Source: Phycisphaerales bacterium (lineage in GTDB: Bacteria; Planctomycetota; Phycisphaerae; Phycisphaerales; SM1A02). Taken from it: DNA of 40,927 bases. How positions within the stretch are numbered: position 1 is the stretch's first letter; each line of letters opens with the position of its first letter. The notes beneath the pieces are model-generated. The model did not search any database. It saw only the letters and a program-made list of their open reading frames with translations, and was not told the origin of the DNA. This document shows, one piece after another, positions 10,531-19,460 of the stretch. The position numbers were made by a program, and so were the translations under genes. Where the stretch lies: positions 1 to 40,927 of the forward strand of contig JBMTTG010000001.1 in NCBI GenBank assembly GCA_049449095.1, written 5' to 3'.

Positions 10531-12176
10531 CGAGTCGATCCCTCCGCGAAGACCAGGGGAACGCCGCCGTCCGAGACGTCCGCGGCCTCGGAGCGGAGTT
10601 CGGCCTCGAGCTCGGCCTCGGCCGCGATCACCTTCTCGACCGCCGAGGGATAGCCCGAGAGCACCGACCGCACCGCCGGGTCGATCGACTCGAGGATCGG
10701 CCGCGGATAGAGGCCGATGAAGAGGCAGAGCGCCGCGAGCGGGAGGAGGATGCCGATCTCGCGGGCGTTGAGATCCTTGGGCAGCGGGCTGTGTCCGTGC
10801 CCGTCGTGATGCGCCGGAAGCCGCAACTCGCCCCACACCATCTTGCCCACCATCCGCAGCATGTACATCGCGCCGAGGATCAGGCCGATGATCGCGATGA
10901 TCGCGTACCACGGGCCGAGCAGGCCGGGGTAGCCCGCGATCGCATCATGCTCGGCGGTGAAGCAGCCCCAGAGGCAGAGCACCTCGCCGACGAAGCCGTT
11001 GAGGCCCGGCAGGCCGATGCTCGACATCGTGAAGAACACCATGAACACCGACCAGATCGGCATGTGCGTGGCGAGCCCGCCGAGCTGGTCCATGTCCTTG
11101 GTGTGGTGGCGCTCGTAGACCATGCCGATCAGGAGGAAGAGCGCGCCGGTCGAGAGGCCGTGGTTCACGAAGTAGAGGACCGAGCCCTGCAGGCCGATCG
11201 GATTGAGCGCGAACATGCCGAGCATCAGCATGCCCATGTGGCTGACCGAGCTGTACGCCACCAGCTTCTTCACGTCCTTCTGGACCCAGCAGATCATCGC
11301 GGCGACCACGATGCCGAGGATCGCGAGGATGGCGAAGAAGTTGCAGAGCTCCGCACCGCCGAGCGGCGCCATCGGAAGCCCGATGCGGAACGCCCCGTAG
11401 GTGCCGAGCTTGAGCAAAGCGCCCGCGAGGATCACGCTGCCCGCGGTGGGAGCCTGGTCGTGGGCGAGCGGAAGCCAACTGTGCACCGGGAAGAAGGGTG
11501 TCTTCACCGCGAAGGCCGCCATCAGCGCCGCGAACACCCAGAACTGCTCGGTCGCGGAGAGGTGGGTCGAGGCGTACTCGACGAGATCGGGAATGCGGAA
11601 CGACCACTCGCCGAGCCACTCGGCGCGGCGGCTCGCGACGTACACGATGCCCGCGAGCATCAGCACCGAGGCGAGGAAGGTGAAGATGAAGAACTTGATC
11701 GCCGCCGGGCGGCGGTCCGGTCCTCCCCAGATCGAGATCAGGAAGAACATCGGCACGAGCGTGAACTCGTATCCGATGTAGAAGACCACCGCGTCGCGAG
11801 CCATGAACGCGAGCAGCAGGCAGCTCTCGAGCACCATGAACCACGCGTAGTACTCGCGGTGCCGATGGTCGATCGCGGTGTAGGAACCGATCACCGAGAC
11901 GACCACGAGGAGCACCGTCAGCAGCACCATCAGCATGCTGACGCCGTCGAGGCCCAGTTCGAGGGAGACCCCGAGCGACTCGAAGACCGCCGGGCCGGTC
12001 ACGTCGGGCCAGAAGGTCTCGCTCGTCCAGGAAGGGAACTGCACGGCGGCGATCACGGCGATCGCGGCCGCGGCCAGCGAGCCGGCGGTGGCGATCGCAG
12101 CGGCGAGCCGCTGCGGCGCGAGCGCGATGGCGACCGCGGCGGCGATCGGCACGAGCAGGAGGGCGAGCAGCGTCAC
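10527..12176 (-). CDS. nuoM: NADH-quinone oxidoreductase subunit M
   Basis: ORF 10527..12551(-). Contains FYIGYEFTLVPMFFLI, HSWLPLAHDQAPTAGSVILAG and KKLVAYSSVSHMG. Start set at the GTG at 12176 (VTLLALLLVPI...), overlapping the nuoL stop (GTGA). Confidence 0.9.
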   Translation of the reverse strand: MTLLALLLVPIAAAVAIALAPQRLAAAIATAGSLAAAAIAVIAAVQFPSWTSETFWPDVTGPAVFESLGVSLELGLDGVSMLMVLLTVLLVVVSVIGSYTAIDHRHREYYAWFMVLESCLLLAFMARDAVVFYIGYEFTLVPMFFLISIWGGPDRRPAAIKFFIFTFLASVLMLAGIVYVASRRAEWLGEWSFRIPDLVEYASTHLSATEQFWVFAALMAAFAVKTPFFPVHSWLPLAHDQAPTAGSVILAGALLKLGTYGAFRIGLPMAPLGGAELCNFFAILAILGIVVAAMICWVQKDVKKLVAYSSVSHMGMLMLGMFALNPIGLQGSVLYFVNHGLSTGALFLLIGMVYERHHTKDMDQLGGLATHMPIWSVFMVFFTMSSIGLPGLNGFVGEVLCLWGCFTAEHDAIAGYPGLLGPWYAIIAIIGLILGAMYMLRMVGKMVWGELRLPAHHDGHGHSPLPKDLNAREIGILLPLAALCLFIGLYPRPILESIDPAVRSVLSGYPSAVEKVIAAEAELEAELRSEAADVSDGGVPLVFAEGSTR

Positions 12177-14392
12177 GGCAGGACCTCCGCGGCGGCGGCC
12201 GCATCGCCGAGCAGCCACGTCCACAGCACCCACGCGAGGACCAGCCCGAGGCTGATCGACATCGTGACCGCATAGCCCTGGAGGCGGCCGTTGTAGAGCG
12301 GCTGGAAGATCCGGCCGAGCAGCGGGGGAATGCGGCCAAGCCCGTTCACGAGGAAGCCGTCGATGAAGTGCTTGTCCGCGAAGTGCAGGAAGTGGCTCGT
12401 GAACCACGCCGGCAGCGTCATGAGTCCGTGGTAGATCTCGTCGACGTACCACTTCCGCTCGAGCATCGTCGGCAGCCAGCGGGTCGCGGGCGAGGCGAGC
12501 AGGGCGTTGCGGAGGTTCGTGGCGGCCTGCCGGTTCAGCAGGTGGAACCACGCCGCGAGGATCATGCCCGCGATGCCGAACGCGCCTCCGAGCACCATGA
12601 CGCCGAGGTGCGGGTTCATCCCGAGCACCGTCGCGTCGCCATGGTCGCCGAGGAAGTCGCCCTGCACCGCGCTCGAATGGGCGATCGACTGCTGCACCCA
12701 GTTCTCGCCGCCGGAGAGCGCGAGGTAGGCGGGAATGCCGGTCAGCACCGCACCGAAGGCGATCAGCAGCAGCACGCCGTTGATCGCGAGCCGCGGGGCG
12801 TGCGGATGGAACTCGCCGCCGTGATCGTGGTCATGGCCATGCGATGCGTGCGCGTCGTCGTGGGTGTGGTGATCGTCGTGTCCGCCACCGTGATCCTGTT
12901 CGCCTGGCGAGTAGAAGGTCGGACCGCAGCAGACGCGGAACCACACGCGGAAGCTGTAGTAGCCGGTGATGCCGGCCGCGATCAGGCCGACCCACGCGGC
13001 GGCGCGGTAGCTCGGCGTGTTCATCACGAAGGCTGCCTCGAGGCAAGCGTCCTTCGAGAAGTTCGCGCTCGTGAACGGGAACGCCGCAAGCCAGAGGCAT
13101 CCGATGAACATCGTCCAGGAGACGATGCGCCAGCCCGGCAGTCGGCGGAGCCCCGAGATCTTCCGCAGGTCGAGCTGCCCCGCGAAGCCGTGCATCACGG
13201 CGCCGGCGGTGAGGAAGAGCGTGGCCTTGAAGAAGGCGTGGGTGAAGACGTGGTACGCGCCGCCGAAGGCCGACATCGCGCCGAGGCCGAGGAACATGTA
13301 GCCCAGCTGCGAGATCGTCGAGTAGGCGAAGACGCGCTTGATGTCGTACTGCGACATCGCGATCGTCGCGGCGACGAACGCCGAGATCGCCCCGATCCAG
13401 GTGACCGTCTCCATCGCCGCGGGGACCGCGGTGAAGAGCGGATAGGTGCGGGCGATGAGATAGATGCCCGCGGTCACCATCGTCGCCGCATGGATCAGCG
13501 CCGAGACCGGGGTCGGGCCTTCCATCGCGTCGGGAAGCCAGGTGAAGAGCGGACCCTGGGCACTCTTGCCGAACGCGCCGAGCATCAGGCAGAAGGGGAT
13601 CGCCATCGCGTCCCAGCCGCCAGCGCCGCTCGGCGGGTCCTGGATCGCCGCGAAGAGCGGTCCGTACTCGACGGTGCCGTAGTTCACCCACGTCAGGAAG
13701 ATGCCGAGCGCGAGCCCGGCGTCTCCGATGCGGTTCATGATGAACGCCTTCTTCGCGGCGGCGACCGCGGCGGGCGTCTTGTAGTAGTAGCCGATGAGCA
13801 GATAGCTCGCGAGACCGACGCCTTCCCATCCGAGGTAGAGGAGGACCAGGTTGTCCGCCATCACGAGCGCACTCATCGCGAGGATGAAGAGGCTCACTCC
13901 GAAGAAGAAGCGGCAGTAGCCGACGCCGCGATCCTGCTCCATGTACTCGCTGGCGTAGATCGCGATCAGGGTTCCGAGCCCCGTCACGAACAGCATCCAG
14001 AAGATCGTCAGCGAGTCGATGTAGAAGCCGAAGTCGGCGACCACGCCGCGCCAGAGCTCCTCGCCGTCGCGCAGGGGGCCCGGAGTCGAGGCGGTCCAGC
14101 CGAAGTTGATCCAGTCGAAGAGGTGGACGATCACCGGCGACTGGCTCAGGTCGAGCTTGAACGCCATCGCGAGCACCGTCGCGAACGCGCCGCCGATCGA
14201 GAGGATCGCCACGAGGGCCGGCAGCTTCGAGCGGGTCCGCATCGCCGCGAACGCCGCGCACAGCAGCATGGAGCACAGGGGCAGCAGCAGGATCAGCCCG
14301 GTCCACGACAGCCCCTCGGCCTGCGCGGCAAGCGGGATCTGCGCGGGTTCGACCGTTCCGGCAGCGGCCAGCAGCGTCGGAAGCGTCGTCAT
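12173..14392 (-). CDS. nuoL: NADH-quinone oxidoreductase subunit L (739 aa, with a His-rich loop)
   Basis: ORF 12173..14824(-). Contains LYLGWEGVGLASYLLIGYYY, AFIMNRIGDAG, PVSALIHAATMVTAG and KRVFAYSTISQLGYM. Start is the ATG at 14392 (MTTLPTLL...), forming an ATGA overlap with the nuoK stop. Confidence 0.92.
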   Translation of the reverse strand: MTTLPTLLAAAGTVEPAQIPLAAQAEGLSWTGLILLLPLCSMLLCAAFAAMRTRSKLPALVAILSIGGAFATVLAMAFKLDLSQSPVIVHLFDWINFGWTASTPGPLRDGEELWRGVVADFGFYIDSLTIFWMLFVTGLGTLIAIYASEYMEQDRGVGYCRFFFGVSLFILAMSALVMADNLVLLYLGWEGVGLASYLLIGYYYKTPAAVAAAKKAFIMNRIGDAGLALGIFLTWVNYGTVEYGPLFAAIQDPPSGAGGWDAMAIPFCLMLGAFGKSAQGPLFTWLPDAMEGPTPVSALIHAATMVTAGIYLIARTYPLFTAVPAAMETVTWIGAISAFVAATIAMSQYDIKRVFAYSTISQLGYMFLGLGAMSAFGGAYHVFTHAFFKATLFLTAGAVMHGFAGQLDLRKISGLRRLPGWRIVSWTMFIGCLWLAAFPFTSANFSKDACLEAAFVMNTPSYRAAAWVGLIAAGITGYYSFRVWFRVCCGPTFYSPGEQDHGGGHDDHHTHDDAHASHGHDHDHGGEFHPHAPRLAINGVLLLIAFGAVLTGIPAYLALSGGENWVQQSIAHSSAVQGDFLGDHGDATVLGMNPHLGVMVLGGAFGIAGMILAAWFHLLNRQAATNLRNALLASPATRWLPTMLERKWYVDEIYHGLMTLPAWFTSHFLHFADKHFIDGFLVNGLGRIPPLLGRIFQPLYNGRLQGYAVTMSISLGLVLAWVLWTWLLGDAAAAAEVLP

Positions 14393-14736
14393 TCGTGAAG
14401 CTCCGACCAGGCGTCGGCGGAGAGGGTCTCGCGGCGGCGGTAGAGAAGCACCACAAGCCCCAGCGCCAACGCCGCCTCGGCGGCGGCGACGGTGAGGATG
14501 AAGATCACGAAGACCTGGCCGGAGAGGTCCAGATGCATGCGGCCGAACGCCACCAGCGCGAGCGCCGCGGCCTGGAACATCAGTTCCGTCGAGAGGAACA
14601 TGATGATCATGTTCCGCCGCACGAGGAAGCCGATCATGCCGATCGCAAACAGCAGCGAACTCACGAGCAGCACGCCGCCGACCGCGCCGGGCAGGGCCGA
14701 TTCGATCGCCGCGAGCAGCGGAAGCGGGGTGCTCAT
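14389..14736 (-). CDS. nuoK: NADH-quinone oxidoreductase subunit K
   Basis: This is the C-terminal 115 aa of ORF 14389..16506(-): MSTPLPLL...FLVRRNMIIMFLSTELMFQAAALALVAF...VFVIFILTVAAAEAALALGLVVLLYRR. That is the classic three-TM NuoK. ATGA overlaps occur at both ends. Confidence 0.9.
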   Translation of the reverse strand: MSTPLPLLAAIESALPGAVGGVLLVSSLLFAIGMIGFLVRRNMIIMFLSTELMFQAAALALVAFGRMHLDLSGQVFVIFILTVAAAEAALALGLVVLLYRRRETLSADAWSELHE

Positions 14737-15773
14737 GCCGCACCTCCCTCGGAGCCGGCGACCTCGCGCTCGTCGACGCTGAGCGGCCGCAGGCCCGCCG
14801 CCTCGCGACGCTCGTCCTCGCCAAGCTCGATCTGGCGTCGCGCGAGCACCACGGCGCCGTACATCGCCATCAGCAGGATCACGCCCGCGAGTTCGAGGCT
14901 GATCGGGAAGCTGGCGACGAGCTTCATGCCCACGAGTCGGGTGTTGCCCGGCAGGTCGTCGGCCGTGAGCGTCCAGGGCACGGTGGGTTCGCCACCGGGG
15001 AAGAGCACCTCGGCCTCGGCGACCACCATCGCGGTCTCGACGCCCTGCTCGTCCCGCTCGACGGCTTCGCGGATCCGCAGCCGCTGGATCGATCCGTCGG
15101 GGGTCTCGACGCTGGCGACGCCCAGGCTTCCCGGGAAGCGATCCTTCGCCATCGCGTCGAGCAACTTGGGCATCGACTCGAGGTCCTCGAACGCCTCGAC
15201 GGTCGCCGCGGCACGGACGATGGGGGACTCGAGCACGCCTCGGATCGACCCGGCGTCGCGGACGATCGCGCCCGAGATCGTGGCGACCAGCACGAAGCCG
15301 ACCACGCAGGCCGCGACCGGCTCGCGGGGCAGGGCGTCGTAGTCGAACGGGCCCTCCGACGAGTCGGTCGGGGAGGGCCGCGCGAGCATGAGCACGAAGA
15401 GGTACGTGATCAGGATCGCGCCGGCGTACACGATGATCAGCGCGAAGGCCATGAACTCCGCCTGCAGGAGGAGGAACATGGCCGAACTTGCCAGCACGAC
15501 GAGCACGAAGTGGAGCGCCGCGAGGACCGGGCGGGACAGCGAGATCATCCGCACCGCCGCGATCACCGCGATCGCCCCGAAGATTGCCGGAAGCAGCGTG
15601 CCCGGCTCGTTCGGCGCCAGCTCGCGAAGGCCGGCGGAGAGGATCGCCCCGAAGGCCGCGATCGCCACGAGCACCGCCGCGGTCCGGATCGCGCCTCGAC
15701 GCGGCCGAAGGATCAGCACCATCGCCACAGCGCCCGCCACGGCCGCCAAGTACAGGGTGTCGAGAGGGATCAT
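14733..15773 (-). CDS. nuoJ: NADH-quinone oxidoreductase subunit J, unusually long (346 aa) because of an internal soluble insertion
   Basis: ORF 14733..15773(-). The N-terminal TM helices and AEFMAFALIIVYAGAILITYLFVLML are NuoJ-like, as is the C-terminal FPISLELAGVILLMAMYGAVVLARR, which matches the conserved ...FE..S.LLL.A.IGA..LA motif. Confidence 0.85.
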   Translation of the reverse strand: MIPLDTLYLAAVAGAVAMVLILRPRRGAIRTAAVLVAIAAFGAILSAGLRELAPNEPGTLLPAIFGAIAVIAAVRMISLSRPVLAALHFVLVVLASSAMFLLLQAEFMAFALIIVYAGAILITYLFVLMLARPSPTDSSEGPFDYDALPREPVAACVVGFVLVATISGAIVRDAGSIRGVLESPIVRAAATVEAFEDLESMPKLLDAMAKDRFPGSLGVASVETPDGSIQRLRIREAVERDEQGVETAMVVAEAEVLFPGGEPTVPWTLTADDLPGNTRLVGMKLVASFPISLELAGVILLMAMYGAVVLARRQIELGEDERREAAGLRPLSVDEREVAGSEGGAA

Positions 15774-15969
15774 GCGGCGCGAGCGATCCGAAGCGGCTCC
15801 GGCGTTTCAGGAACGGCGGAGGATGGGCTTCCGAGGCGATTCCCGATCGATCGGGGAGGTCCGTCTCCTCGATCCGGTCCGGGAAAGCGGCGGAGGATAG
15901 AGGCGTCGCGACCGCCTCGCAACCGAGTCGCAGAGGCTGCTTGGGCGGTCCTTCGTACGATCCCTCGAC

Positions 15970-16641
15970 ATGAGTTTCCCCGCCGCCTCCGCCTCCTCGT
16001 CGGCCACCGGCTGGAGGCGCCGCGTTCCCAACCTGCTGACGATGCTTCGCCTCGCGATGGCGGTGGCGTTCTTCCTCGTGCTCGGAGTCGCGATTCCGGC
16101 GGCGATGGCCGACGGGAATCTGGAGGCGTGGGGCGACGCCGCCGTGGCGCTCTTCATCGCCGGCGCGCTCACCGACGTCCTCGATGGCTGGCTCGCTCGG
16201 CGGTGGAACGCGGTCACCGCCTTTGGCCGCGTCATGGACCCGTTCGTCGACAAGGTGCTCGTGCTCGGCGCTTTCGTCTACCTCGCAGCGCTGCCGAGCT
16301 TCGCGCAAGGGCCGCTTGGAGGCGCCATGGACACCGGCGTCTCCGCGTGGATGGCGGTGGTGCTGCTCGCCCGCGAACTGCTCGTCACGAGCCTTCGTGG
16401 CTGGCTCGAAGGCAACGGGATCGCGTTCCCCGCGGATCCGGCCGGGAAGGCGAAGATGCTGCTGCAGTCCGTGGCGGTGCCGGTGTGCCTCTTCGTCGCC
16501 GTGCATCCGGGGCCCGCGGCGAGCGACGGCTGGCTCGGCACGCGCGGGTTCCTGGTGGGGGCGACCGTCGTGGCGACGGTGCTCTCCGCCATTCCGTACG
16601 TCGTGCGGGCGATCCGCGTCGCGCCGGACGCTCGATCGTGA
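15970..16641 (+). CDS. pgsA: CDP-diacylglycerol--glycerol-3-phosphate 3-phosphatidyltransferase
   Basis: ORF 15970..16641(+). CDP-alcohol phosphatidyltransferase motif DVLDGWLARRWNAVTAFGRVMDPFVDK, within a multi-TM protein. Confidence 0.87.
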   Translation: MSFPAASASSSATGWRRRVPNLLTMLRLAMAVAFFLVLGVAIPAAMADGNLEAWGDAAVALFIAGALTDVLDGWLARRWNAVTAFGRVMDPFVDKVLVLGAFVYLAALPSFAQGPLGGAMDTGVSAWMAVVLLARELLVTSLRGWLEGNGIAFPADPAGKAKMLLQSVAVPVCLFVAVHPGPAASDGWLGTRGFLVGATVVATVLSAIPYVVRAIRVAPDARS

Positions 16642-17156
16642 CCGAGGCGCCGCCGCCGAGGGATCGATTTCGCGAAGCCGTGCTCACCGCGGGTGGGCTC
16701 GGCCTCTTGCGGCCGGCGCCCGGAACCTGGGGATCGTTGCCGCCGGTGGTGTTGGCCCTCGCGCTGCATGCCGCCGGAGCACCAGCGGCGATCGTGATCG
16801 CGTCGGCGCTGCTGCTCGGCGTCGCGGGCTCGATCGGATCCGTGCGGTTTGGCCGATGGGCGGAGTCGCGCTGGGGCCGCACCGATCCATCGAGCGTGGT
16901 CGCCGACGAGGTGGCGGGACAGGCGATCGCGGTCGCGGCGATCCCATGGGATCGGCTTGCGATCGGGGATGGGTGGACGGCGCCGATCGCCTGGTGCGGG
17001 GCGGCGTTCCTGCTCTTTCGGATCCTCGACATCCTGAAGCCGCCGCCGATCGGGCGGCTGCAGGATCTGCCGCACGGGTGGGGCGTGCTGCTCGACGATC
17101 TCGCCGCAGGCGCTGTGGCGGCGGCGATCCTCCTCGGAGTTCGTTGGTTCTGGTGA
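16638..17156 (+). CDS. pgpA: Phosphatidylglycerophosphatase A
   Basis: This is the C-terminal 172 aa of ORF 15510..17156(+): LLRPAPGTWGSL...VVADEVAGQ...FRILDILKPPPI...GWGVLLDDLAAG, all PgpA hallmarks. The GTG start at 16638 overlaps the pgsA stop (GTGA). Confidence 0.85.
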   Translation: MTEAPPPRDRFREAVLTAGGLGLLRPAPGTWGSLPPVVLALALHAAGAPAAIVIASALLLGVAGSIGSVRFGRWAESRWGRTDPSSVVADEVAGQAIAVAAIPWDRLAIGDGWTAPIAWCGAAFLLFRILDILKPPPIGRLQDLPHGWGVLLDDLAAGAVAAAILLGVRWFW

Positions 17157-17160
17157 TCGC

Positions 17161-17535
17161 CTACGCGTTCGGCGAGAGTCGCCCGCCCGCCGCGTCGGCC
17201 ATCAGCGATTCGAGCCGTCCCGTGAAGCCGCCCTTGGTGAGGACGAGGTCCGCGCCGGCGGATCGGGCCGCCTCGAGCCGATCGGCAAGGAGATGCCCGG
17301 CGAAGGCGACCACGAAGGGCCGCGGCGCGCGAAGCCTCGCATCCGAGACGGCGTCGATCGCATCGCCGTCGGGCAACTCGGCCTCGAGGTCGACGATCAC
17401 GAGCGATGGGGTCAGGTCCGGATTCAGCATCCCCTCGCGGGAACGCGCGCCGCGGTAGTCGACCCCGTGCGCCCGCGCCGTCGCGGCGACCTTGGAGCCG
17501 AAGAAGAGATCCGAGACGAGCGCCAGGACCGTCAT
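17161..17535 (-). CDS. Stand-alone divergent CheY-like receiver-domain protein (124 aa)
   Basis: ORF 17161..17535(-). Alternating beta/alpha pattern with SD near the N-terminus, VIVDL at the phospho-acceptor position, and LVLTKG at the conserved Lys position. The Thr/Ser position is not obvious. Confidence 0.5.
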   Translation of the reverse strand: MTVLALVSDLFFGSKVAATARAHGVDYRGARSREGMLNPDLTPSLVIVDLEAELPDGDAIDAVSDARLRAPRPFVVAFAGHLLADRLEAARSAGADLVLTKGGFTGRLESLMADAAGGRLSPNA

Positions 17536-17551
17536 CGCGAAGACGCCTCGA

Positions 17552-18244
17552 TCACGCTTCCTCCGCCTCGCCGCCGCCGCGGGTCCAGTTCTCCTGCAGC
17601 ACGAAGCCGACCACCGCCGCGACGCCGACCAGCAGCGGCACGAGGAGCTGGTGCGAGGCGAGGTGCTGCTCGACCGGCTCCTTCACCTGCGGAATGTTCA
17701 GCAGGCAGGCGAGGCCGCCGAGGACGAGCATCGCCGCGCCGCCGAGCGCGGTGAAGAGGATGATCGACAGCCTGGTGATCAGGAAGCTCGACATCGCGAG
17801 GAGGATGAAGCCCATCGCGGCTCCCGGCCATGGATTGCCTGCGTCGGGGCCCTGCACGATCGACCAGACGTTGGCCCCGAGGAACGCGCCCGCGAGGCCC
17901 GCAAAGATCGCGACGGTCACCTTGATCATGGGCGAGGCGATCGCGGCGAAGAGCAGGCCCATCGCGCTCGCCACGACGCTCGACTTCCCGATCGACGGGC
18001 TCAGGAGGTGTCCGATGCCGAGACCGAGCATGAGCGCGAGCAGCACGATGATCCATCGATGCCACCGGTAGCCCTGCAGGATGCAGACCACGCCGACCGC
18101 CATCACCAGAACCCCCACGATCGCGTGCATGTCGAGGAGCCGGTTGAGGAGATCCTCCGGACGGCTCAGCAGATCGGCCTGCTCGAGGATGGCGCTGGCG
18201 GTGCTGGAATCGTCGGCCTGGGCAAGCAGCGACAAGGTCGGCAT
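17552..18244 (-). CDS. Polytopic Gly/Ala-rich membrane protein (230 aa), possibly DUF4203/TMEM198-like
   Basis: ORF 17552..18244(-). At least 6 hydrophobic helices, a GYRWHRW motif after TM1, and an acidic C-terminal tail. Confidence 0.65.
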   Translation of the reverse strand: MPTLSLLAQADDSSTASAILEQADLLSRPEDLLNRLLDMHAIVGVLVMAVGVVCILQGYRWHRWIIVLLALMLGLGIGHLLSPSIGKSSVVASAMGLLFAAIASPMIKVTVAIFAGLAGAFLGANVWSIVQGPDAGNPWPGAAMGFILLAMSSFLITRLSIILFTALGGAAMLVLGGLACLLNIPQVKEPVEQHLASHQLLVPLLVGVAAVVGFVLQENWTRGGGEAEEA

Positions 18245-18367
18245 CGGGGTGCTCGCGGGAGACGCGGTGACCGGACCGGTCCGCGGCGGACCGGCGCTGA
18301 CTCGATCAAGAGAAGGGTGATCGGCACGACGCCACCGATCCCATTCACGATCTCGCCGGTCGCGACG

Positions 18368-19354
18368 TCACTCCTCGTCGGCGGCCTTCCGCTTGGCTCG
18401 CTTGGCCTGCAGGATCCCGCCCGTCACGGCGAGAGCGCCCCACATCGCGAGCCACGGCCCGCCCGGGAGCGAGGCGGCGGTCCAGTCGGGCATCGATCGG
18501 CCGAGGATCGCGGTGGCTCCGGCGAGGATCAGCATCGAGCCGAGCAGGGCGGTGACGAGCTGCATCGCACCGCGTCGGAAGACGAGGCCGACGCCGAAGC
18601 CGATCACGGCACCGACGAGTCCCGCCGCGGCGGCGAGCGTGCGGCCCTGCGGCGGAAGGCGATCCCAACGCTCCTGAGTCCACTCCTGCGCCTTGGTCAT
18701 GCTCTCGCGAAGGTGATCAAGCGGCCCCTTCGAATCGGCTTCGAGCGAGTCGACTTCGTCCGCGGCCTCGCCTTCGAGCGCCGAGGCTTCCGACGCCTCG
18801 TCGGACTGCCAGCGGGCCAGCGCGATGCCGCTGCTCCAAGGCTCGTCGATGAATCGAGCCTGCGGCTCGGCCGCGGGCGTCTCGTCGAGCTTCACCATGC
18901 CGCGCTCGATCGCGAGGATCGTGCCGAGCACGGACGCGATGCCGAGCAGAAAGGCGAGCCCGCCCGCCACCGCGAACTTCAGTCCGATCGCCGCGAGGAT
19001 CACCAACGCGACGGCGCCCACGATCGCCGCGGCAAGCGGTGGAAGCGTCGGCGCGAACGCGGCGCCGAGGGCCAGGCCCACCGGCACGCCCACCACGATG
19101 CCAAGCACCATGAGCGCGAAGCGGAGGAACCGTTCGCCGTGCCACCAGAGCAGGAGCCCGGTGACGAGGGCGACGATCGCGGGCACGAGGCCCACGAGCG
19201 GCAGTTCGCGGAAGGCGTCGGCGAGCGCCGAGGGGTCGAGCGGCGGCAGGCCGCCGAGCAGTTCGCTCGCCTGCTCGACCTGATCGGAGGTGAAGAGCGA
19301 GCCGGGCGTCGTCGCAAGGGTCGAAACGGTGGCGTGCGCCGCGTGTTCATGCAT
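18368..19354 (-). CDS. Polytopic membrane protein (328 aa) with two TM bundles separated by an acidic ~100-aa linker. The first bundle resembles the downstream 230-aa protein.
   Basis: ORF 18368..19462(-). Start preferred at the ATG at 19354 (MHEHAAH...). WWHGERFLRF after TM1 parallels GYRWHRW in the neighbouring gene. The linker is rich in E/D/A/S. Confidence 0.65.
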   Translation of the reverse strand: MHEHAAHATVSTLATTPGSLFTSDQVEQASELLGGLPPLDPSALADAFRELPLVGLVPAIVALVTGLLLWWHGERFLRFALMVLGIVVGVPVGLALGAAFAPTLPPLAAAIVGAVALVILAAIGLKFAVAGGLAFLLGIASVLGTILAIERGMVKLDETPAAEPQARFIDEPWSSGIALARWQSDEASEASALEGEAADEVDSLEADSKGPLDHLRESMTKAQEWTQERWDRLPPQGRTLAAAAGLVGAVIGFGVGLVFRRGAMQLVTALLGSMLILAGATAILGRSMPDWTAASLPGGPWLAMWGALAVTGGILQAKRAKRKAADEE

Positions 19355-19460
19355 GGTGTGCTTCCCGGGGCGGAAGTCGACGGATGGCTCCCGAGCGACG
19401 GGGACGATCGGCGTTCGGCGACTTGCAGGTTGACTTCCGTCGCCGGATACCCTCCGCCCC

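Noticed and set aside
8935-16506. Long N-terminal extensions of the nuoN, nuoM, nuoL and nuoK ORFs in the track (to 10911, 12551, 14824 and 16506)
   Set aside because: The extensions run through the upstream nuo gene in another frame and are R/P/G-rich. Starts were trimmed to the ATG or GTG that forms a 4-nt overlap with the preceding stop and begins the first TM helix.
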